From Octopus vulgaris (Eukaryota), in contig OX597839.1 in NCBI GenBank assembly GCA_951406725.2, forward strand, positions 8,804,001 to 8,868,000: DNA of 64,000 bases, given 5' to 3'. The translations under genes and the position numbers were made by a program. Positions 55,455 through 64,000 of the stretch are shown piece after piece; the stretch's first letter is position 1, and each line of letters begins with the position of its first letter. The notes beneath the pieces are model-generated. The model did not search any database. It saw only the letters and a program-made list of their open reading frames with translations, and was not told the origin of the DNA.

Positions 55455-55826
55455 TCTGTTGAGAGGCAGTTGGATGGAACTTACACTAGCATCCTTATGA
55501 GAGCTCAAAATCTCTCGTGGAAGCGTCATCCAACCAAAGTACAAATATATGGGAAACTACCACCTGTATCATCTCTTGTGAAAGGTAGAAGAGTCCAGTT
55601 TGCTGGACATTGTTGTAGAGCTGAAAACAAGGTATTCTCTGCTCTTCTCCTCTGGAGGCCATCTACTCGCGATACCAGAGGGCAGACACTCTCCTACCCT
55701 GATGTAATCTCCAGGGATACAGGCATCCAGCAACAGGTTTTTCGTAATGCTATGATGGACCATGAAGTCTGGCGTAACATAGTAAATTCCATTGTCTCGA
55801 CCACGGTCGAACATTGATGATGATGT
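55455..55826 (+). mobile_element. 5'-truncated RTE/RTE-X-clade LINE: ORF C-terminus and (TGA)n tail
   Basis: ORF 55470-55817 LDGTYT..LMRAQNLSWKRHPT..QIYGKLPPVS..RRVQFAGHCCR..LLLWRP..DTG..AMMD..VWR matches the RTE C-terminal pattern; ends TGATGATGATG. Confidence 0.88.
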
Positions 55827-56097
55827 TATATATACAAGCGCTTAACCTGAGACACCAGACAAAAGATTCAACAGGATAACTATCATGTCTATGAACATGT
55901 AAGAGAAAAGGAGAGTAAGAAGAGAGGGAAGAGAATGAAAAGTGACAGAATATAATGAGAGAGAGAGAGAGAGAGAGTGACAAGGTGATACAGTGAGTGG
56001 GGGGAAAGACAGGCAGACAATTAGCACTTGATAGTAAAAGAGACTAACACATAAATGTGTGTGTGTGCATTTGTATATGTGTGTGAGTGTATGTGTG

Positions 56098-56145
<48 letters not shown>

Positions 56146-56338
56146 CGTGTGTGCGTTTGTGTGTGTGTGTGTGTCTGTTGAAATGCAAAGATAAGATGAA
56201 TTAAAAATGTAGATGTTCAGCATTGAAATTTCTCGAGCATCAGAAATAAACAAAACCAAACAAAATATTTTTCGAAAAACAAGACGAGTAGGAGGAGGAG
56301 GGGCAATGGAAGCAAATAATAATAACAATAATAATAGA

Positions 56339-56391
<53 letters not shown>

Positions 56392-56409
56392 CAACAATAA
56401 TAATAGTAA

Positions 56410-56441
<32 letters not shown>

Positions 56442-57019
56442 TAATAATAATAATGATAATAATAATAATAATGATAATAATAATAATAATAATGATAATA
56501 ATAATGATAATAATAATAATAATAGGAGAGGACACATACAAACAAATATAAATTAGATGTGAAGGAATTTCATATTAATTTCAAAAGGACATGACAATAA
56601 ACTGGAATACAAGGACAAGGACAGCACATGGATGGGGTGCGGTGTGTGTGTGTAGGGGGGGATTAGAGAAATGATGGTGATGTTGATGATGATGATGATG
56701 ATGATCAGCAGCAGCAGCATCTTCATCACCATCATGGCCACGACAGTAGCAGTGAAAATGATGATTATGATGGGGATGATGATGATGATGATGATGGTGA
56801 TAGTATAACAGCAACAACTAAGTGGTAATAATATGTTTTATGTTCCACACTGAAGCTTTAATATCTTGGCTGGAAATAAACAAAATAAAAGCCCCAAAAG
56901 AAGAAGAACAACAACAACATTCTAGGGGAAAAAAAAATACAAAATACTTCAACATACAACGCCACCAGATCAATCACATACCTAGCCATAACTATTATTC
57001 GAATCGTCATCGCCACTAT

Positions 57020-57426
57020 CATCATCATCATCATCATCATCATCAATAACATTAGCACCGCTTCTAACACTACCATCATCATCATCATCATCAATAACAT
57101 TAGCACCACTTCTAACACTACCATCATCATCATCATCATCATCATCAATAACATTAGTACCACTTCTGACCATCATCATCATCATCATCATTATCATCAA
57201 TAACATGACCACCACTTCTAATGCTACCATCATCATCATCATCATCATCATCAATAACATTAGTACCACTTCTGACCATCATCATCATCATCATCATTAT
57301 CATCAACAACATTAGCACCACTTCTAACACTACCATCATCATCATCATCAAATAACATGACCACCACTTTTAATGCTACCATCATCATCATCATCATCAA
57401 TAACATTAGCACCACTTCTGACACTA

Positions 57427-57457
<31 letters not shown>

Positions 57458-57580
57458 TAACATTAGTACCACTTCTGACCATCATCATCATCATTATCAT
57501 CAATAACATGACCACCACTTCTAATGCTACTATCATCATCATCATCATCATCAATAACATTAGCACCACTTCTGACACTA

Positions 57581-57611
<31 letters not shown>

Positions 57612-57832
57612 TAACATTAGTACCACTTCTGACCATCATCATCATCATTATCATCAATAACATGACCACAACTTCTAATGCTACTATCATCATCATCATC
57701 ATCATCAATAACATTAGCACCACTTCTAACACTACCATCATCATCATCATCAAATAACATGACCACCACTTTTAATGCTACTATCATCATCATCATCATT
57801 ATCAATAACATTAGCATCACTTCTGACACTAC

Positions 57833-57867
<35 letters not shown>

Positions 57868-57889
57868 ATAACATTAGTACCACTTCTGA

Positions 57890-57920
<31 letters not shown>

Positions 57921-58010
57921 TAACATTAGTACCACTTCTAACACTACCATCATCATCATCATCATCAATAACATTAGCACCACTTCTAACAATACCATCA
58001 TCATCATCGT
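57020..58010 (+). repeat. Compound minisatellite: (CAT)n spacers plus a conserved AATAACAT...CCACTTCT core, with higher-order periodicity
   Basis: About 20 units in three recurrent core variants (TTAGCACCACTTCT(A/G)ACACTAC, TTAGTACCACTTCTGAC, GACCACCACTT(C/T)TAATGCTAC). Confidence 0.9.
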
Positions 58011-58498
58011 CGTCATCGTCAATAACATGCCCACCACTTTCAACGCTACCATCATCATCATCATAACCATCGCTGCCCTTGTCATATTCGTCATCATTGT
58101 TGTTGCTGTCATCACTTACTAAAGCTACCTCAAATCATCACCATCACTGCCACTACTACCACCACCATTAACCATCATCATCATAAACAACATCATGAAC
58201 AATTTATTGATACCAACATTATCACCCACCACCACTGAACTAATACCACAGCCGTCATCACCATCATCATCATCATCATCATCATCATTATTGACATCAC
58301 AATCATAACCATTGTTTTCATTGCTGACACAACCACTATGACAGTTGATGCCATCATCATCATCACCGCCATCATCATCATCATTACCTTGATCACCATT
58401 CTACCAATAACCACACTGCTATTATGACCGATACCGCCACCGCCGCCGCCACCACCACCACTACCACCACCACCACCACCACCACCACCACCACCACC

Positions 58499-58572
<74 letters not shown>

Positions 58573-59548
58573 AAACATGCTCATAATTGTAGTCACTGCC
58601 TCATCATCATCATCATCTTCAACAACAACAAAAATAACACCATTGACGGCAACAACAATCACTACAACATTAGCATGAAGACCAGCAGCAGCAGCAGCAG
58701 CAGCAACAATATGGAACAGTTTGAAAGACCAATCACCCAAACAGAGTTGATTTAAAGAGAGCAAATGAAGAAAGAGAGAGAGAGAGAAATAAAGAGAAGG
58801 TGAGAGAAAGAGAAAGAGAGAAGGAGGAGAGAGAGAGAGAGAGGATTTAATTTAACTCTCCAAGCTTAGTTTGCAAGCTTTCAATAATGCATGGACAGAT
58901 TATTGATCTGAAGGAAATCAACACCCAGTCGGTCAATAAATGGTGGTGTGTGTATGTGTGTGTGTGGAGGGGGGTAGTGGTGAAAGAGATACCCTCCACT
59001 CCCATCCCGATTCCAACCCTCTACATCCACTATTTTCCCATATGAGGAAGGAGTCTTTCCTCCACGCTACCCACCCCACCCAGCCATACACACACACACA
59101 CTTTTTCCCTATCTTTCTCTTTTCACCCACTGCCTATCATCCCTACCATCACCACCACCACCACCACCACCATAACTACCACTGCAACTCACCTCGCCAC
59201 TACCACCACCACCACTATCACCATCCATTTATACCACCAACGCCCTCTGTTATCATACAAATTTCACTGCTACCACTATGCATTCCCCATCTCTACCATT
59301 CATACTAACCACTATTATTATTATTACTATTATCATTATTATTACTATTAATATTATTATCATTATTATTATTATCATCATCATCATCATCATCATTATT
59401 ATTACTACTATTACTATTATTATCATTATTATCATTATCATTATTATTATTATTATCATTATTATTATTATTATCATTATTATTATCATCATTATTATTA
59501 TTATCATTAATATTATTATCATTATTATTATTATTAATATTATTATCA

Positions 59549-59579
<31 letters not shown>

Positions 59580-59634
59580 TATTACTATCATTATTATTAT
59601 TATTATCATCATTATTATTATTATTATTATTATT

Positions 59635-60182
59635 GAGTGAGAAAGCAGTTCATGCCATCAAAGTGACACTGGGGTAAAATATACGAAGCCCAATATACCC
59701 ATCATGACTACCCGTCTGATAAGGGCACACCAGGCACATGCATCACAACCATATGTGCGCGACATGGTGATCTCATATCAAGATAAACAGCACATGACCT
59801 TGCAGGTGGGGCCCGTTAGAATTCTTCAGGTTGAGTAGCCCATCCCGCTCAAACGGTCCCTGAATAAGGGTTGTTTAAGGATGTTGAAAGAACCACCCAT
59901 GTTTCCAGAGGTGAATTATTCAAACCCCAAAGAATCCCTCTCAACACATGGCTATGATGCTCCCCCACTACTTCTGCTCGTGATCAGAGATGCACATATC
60001 GTCAGCCACTAAGGGACATGCTCAACTGGTTAAGGTCAAACAACTGACAAGCAAATCTGTGGTATTGAGCAGAATATTTGCTGTAGCCCATCTTTTATAC
60101 CAAGACAAAACAATGTACATGATAACACTTCCAATCAGTTAAGATCAGAAGCCATGAGAGCCATTGCCTGGTACTGCATCAG
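59635..60182 (-). mobile_element. Family E copy 3 in long (ATT/ATC)n tracts
   Basis: Reverse complement of about 36163-36712; flanked by about 320 bp and 220 bp of (ATT)n-rich repeat. Confidence 0.88.
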
Positions 60183-60205
60183 TATTATTATTATTATTAT
60201 TATCA

Positions 60206-60241
<36 letters not shown>

Positions 60242-60279
60242 ATATTACTATCATTATTATTACTATCATTATTATCATC

Positions 60280-60386
<107 letters not shown>

Positions 60387-60639
60387 CATTATTATTATTA
60401 TTAAGGCAGCAATCTGGCAAAATTGTTAGCACAGCAGGCAAAATGCTTAGTGGCATTTCATCCGACTTCATGCTCCGATTTCAAACTCCACCAAGGTCAA
60501 CTCAGCCTTTCATTCTTTCATGAAGCAGCCATGTTTCTCTTCTAATGCAAGACTTCAGTACTATACCCCTTGTTGAGTGGGGGATGGGGGTCTTGTCCTG
60601 CAAGTTTCTGGGTGACTTCACTACTGTTAGTGCCATATC

Positions 60640-61268
60640 AAAAAGTACCCAGTACACTTTGTAAAGTGGTTGGCATTAGGAAGGGTATCCAGTCATGGAA
60701 ACCATGCCAAAACAGAAAGTAGAGCTTGGTGCAGTCACCTGACTTGCCAATTCCTGTCAAATCATCCTACCCAAGGAAAACAGACATTAAATGGTGATGG
60801 TGATGGTGATGGTGATGATCATAATCATCATCATAACAACAACAATACTGACAGGTATGGAAATTGTAGCTGTGATACCAGAGCCGATGGCACATAAGAG
60901 AACCATCCGAACGTGGCCGTTGCCAGCGCCGCCTCAACTGGCCTCTGTGCCGGTGGCACGTAAAATGCACCATCCGATTGTGGCCGTTGCCAGCTCGCCT
61001 GGCCCCCGTGCTTGTAGCATGTAAAAAGCACCATCTGAGTGTGGCCGTTTACCAGCCTCGTCTGGCACCTGTGCAGGTGGCATGTAAAAAGCACCCACTA
61101 CACTCACGGAGTGGTTGGCATTAGGAAGGGCATCCAGCCATAGAAACACTGCCAGATCAGACTGGACCTGGCATAGCCTTCTGGCTTCCCAAACCCCAGT
61201 TGAACCGTCCAACCCATGCCAGCATGGAAAGCGGACGCTAAACGATGATGATGATGATGATGATGATG
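60640..61268 (+). mobile_element. Family D copies (one with internal ~65-bp repeats) ending in (GAT)n
   Basis: GTGGTTGGCATTAGGAAGGG...CATGGAAAGCGGACGCTAAACGATGATGAT; GTAAAA(A)GCACCATC...GTGGCCGTT repeated. Confidence 0.75.
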
Positions 61269-61672
61269 ATACAAAGTGATATGTGGCTGAATGGAAAAGA
61301 AATGAAAATAATCTCAATCGGTAAATAACTTTGATGAATCTTGGTGATGGTTTGAAAACAATGAGTGTAGTTTTTTTTATACATACAAATGAGATCTAAC
61401 TTCTTATTTTTAAATCATCTCTTATTTTCTTAAACAATAAAACACATCACATCTGTCTAGTATATTAAAAAAAGGGAAATAAGCAACACCTAAATTTATT
61501 TCAATTATATTTTAGAATACAGTATTGATTAAATAACAGAATTTTCAAAGAAAATCTTTGAAATTTCTTACTTGTGTTTAATATATTAACATAGTATTTT
61601 TAAATATGCTGACTTATACTGTGGAATTTTCACAGGTTCTGCAAGTTGTCATTGCTGCTGATGGTGGATTAA

Positions 61673-61893
61673 GCCTTTAGTGTTCGCATTATTTTGCCAA
61701 AATTAATCCTTTTTTATCCACATTCTTTTGAACTAATCATGCATTATTTTGTAACTATGAGATTTTGATGAGGTAGCTGTTAATTTTTAAAACGATATTG
61801 TAGGGTTGGTGTGAGAGACCAGATCTGGCCAGTTTGACCATAAAACAGGCAGAATATTTTTGGCTGGATATGGCCAGTTTAAATGCTAAAGGG
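61673..61893. mobile_element. piggyBac-like MITE, family F
   Basis: TTAA-GCCTTTAG...CTAAAGGG-TTAA. Confidence 0.85.
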
Positions 61894-62339
61894 TTAACAC
61901 AATTATTAATGCCAGACAAAAATACCTTGTGGTATTTTATTGCAGCTGCTTACATTCCAGGGTTCTAATCCTGCTGCAGTCAACTTTGCCTTTCATCTGC
62001 TCAAGGCTGATAAAATAAAGTACCAGTAAAGTACTGGGTTCAATTTAATTGACTGTATCCCACCCTCACAAATCTCGATTGATCTCTTTTGCTGAACCAC
62101 TAAGTTATGAGGATGTAAACACACCAACACTGTATACCAAGTGGTAACAGAGGATAAACAAAGACATATATATATATATAAAACTAAGACTGTAGTAGAA
62201 GACACTTGCCCAAGGTTCCAGACAGTGGGACTGAACCCAAAACCCTGTTGTTGGGAAGCAAGCTTCTTACCACACAGCCACATCTGCACTTATATATATG
62301 TAAAGATAAGACCTAAGGATCTTATATATGTGTGTATAT

Positions 62340-62640
62340 TAGAGTTCAATTCCCAATGAGTTCGATTCCCAGACCAGGCTGTGTGTTGTGTTCTTGAGCA
62401 AGACACTTTATTTCACGTTGCTCCAGTTGGCTCAGCTGTAGAAATGAGTTGTGATGCAACTGGTGCCAAGCTGTATTGGCCCCTTTGCTCTTCCCTTGGA
62501 TAGCATCAGTGGTGTGGAGAGGGGAGGCTGAGTGACTGCTGGTCTTCCATAAACAACCTTGCCCTGACTTGTGCCTGGGAGGGTAACTTTCTTGGTGCAA
62601 TCCCATGGTAATTCATGACCGAAAGAGGTCTTTACTTACG
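62340..62640 (+). mobile_element. tRNA-derived SINE with a Meta/V-like domain
   Basis: GAGTTCGATTCCC B box, then TTGTGTTCTTGAGCAAGACACTTTATTTCACGTTGCTCCAG...AAATGAGT. Confidence 0.6.
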
Positions 62641-62982
62641 ATATATATTGTTTAAAAGTCCAGCCCTGTCACATAGTGCCACAATGATTTGGCTTGTGAA
62701 ATATATTAGTTTCTAATTTTGGCACAGGGCCAGCAATTTAGTGGGAGGGAGAAAATTGGTTACATTGACCCCAGGATATATATATATGATAAATTGAGAG
62801 GTTGAGATATCTAGAAACAAAATTCAAATAGGAAGAGAGAGATAATAGAGATGCACATGCAAATCATAACCATCATCATCATCATCACCATTACCAAAAT
62901 CACCAGTGCATAATCATCATCATTGCTGTCATTCTTACTAGCATCACCATCCTGTCTGTCACTATATATGTATATACAAATG

Positions 62983-63135
62983 AGGCACAGGAGTGGCTGT
63001 GTGGTAAGTAGCTTGCTAACCAACCACATGGTTCCGGGTTCAGTCCCACTGCGTGGCATCTTGGGCAAGTGTCTTCTGCTATAGCCCTGGGCCGACCAAT
63101 ATCTTGTGAGTAGATTTGGTAGACGGAAACTGAAA
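62983..63135 (+). mobile_element. SINE family A, 5' half
   Basis: Head and body up to GGAAACTGAAA. Confidence 0.85.
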
Positions 63136-64000
63136 TGATGGTGATGGTGGTGGTCGTCGTTGTCATTGTGGTGAGGCCACCAACAAAGACGTCATTATCA
63201 CCATCACCAGCATCATAATCAACACAGCCATCACAATCACCATCACCAATATCACTTTTTCACTACCATGAGAACCTATACAACCACAAAAAAAAAAAAA
63301 AAAGAAATCAAGCTGACTGACGGCTGTCTAACAACCAACAAAAAGCTACAACAACAACCATAATCCCCAGCTTGAAAAATGTGTGTGTCTGTGCGTCCCA
63401 CACACACACACACACACACAAACACAAACACACTTCTTCATCTCCTGAAAAGCTAAGACAACACACAAAGAGAACAACATGAGACAAAAGAGAGACAAAG
63501 GGAAAGGCAAAAGAATGTCTCAAGACAACGCTATATTCTGCAAGAGTGCCAAATAATGGTAAATCGCATCGCGATACATGTTTTTCGCAGCGATAAGTTT
63601 TTGGAGATGCTTTCCATTCCCCCCACCCACCATCCACCACCACCACCTCATCCACTCCTTCCAACAAGGAGATTCTTCTCCCCCCACCCCACCTATCCAC
63701 TTCTTCTTCTTCTTTCTTCTTCTCTTCAAGAAGACAGAATATAATTAAGGAAACCTTGTCGCCAGCAACAACGCCAATGAGAGGAAGGCAGCAGCTGAGG
63801 TTTGAAATAGAGAGGAAGGAGGGGAGGAGGAAGAAGAAAAAGGTGGGAGGTGGGGAGGAAAGAGGGTCAAGTATATTTACAAAGGGTAGGGTCACAAGCA
63901 GAAATGGCAAGAGCTGCAGACGTAGCAGCAGCAGCAGCAAGCGTTAGTTGGACAGAAAGAAAAGAAGATGAGGAAGAAGATGAAGGCGAAGAAGAAGAAG

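Noticed and set aside
55470-55817. 115-aa ORF as a host gene
   Set aside because: It is the C-terminus of a truncated RTE-clade LINE followed directly by its tandem-repeat tail.
57020-58010. CRISPR-like repeat-spacer layout
   Set aside because: Spacers are only (CAT)n of varying length, not unique sequences.

Overview
Eukaryotic, AT-rich, microsatellite-saturated genomic DNA that reads as intronic or intergenic. The SINE and MITE repertoire is most consistent with an octopus genome (inference). I can support no intact protein-coding gene: nearly all ORFs in the track are translations of (CA)n, (TA)n, (CAT)n, (CAC)n or (TAA)n. Recognisable content: about 20 copies of one tRNA-derived SINE plus several other SINE families, 5'-truncated LINE ends (CR1, RTE, R4/Dong-like), DNA-transposon MITEs (hAT/Buster with an 8-bp TSD, piggyBac-like TTAA, two long foldbacks) and several minisatellites with higher-order structure. 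The most notable signal is seven type I hammerhead-ribozyme motifs from about five sequence-unrelated short elements, most embedded in or next to (TA)n tracts. One has a perfect core (53388-53473) and one three-copy family shares an A6U core change. These look like Penelope-like/retrozyme-type elements. A second, (TAA)n-associated set of elements sits alongside them. All structures were paired by eye; no folding or database search was run, and repeat boundaries are approximate.
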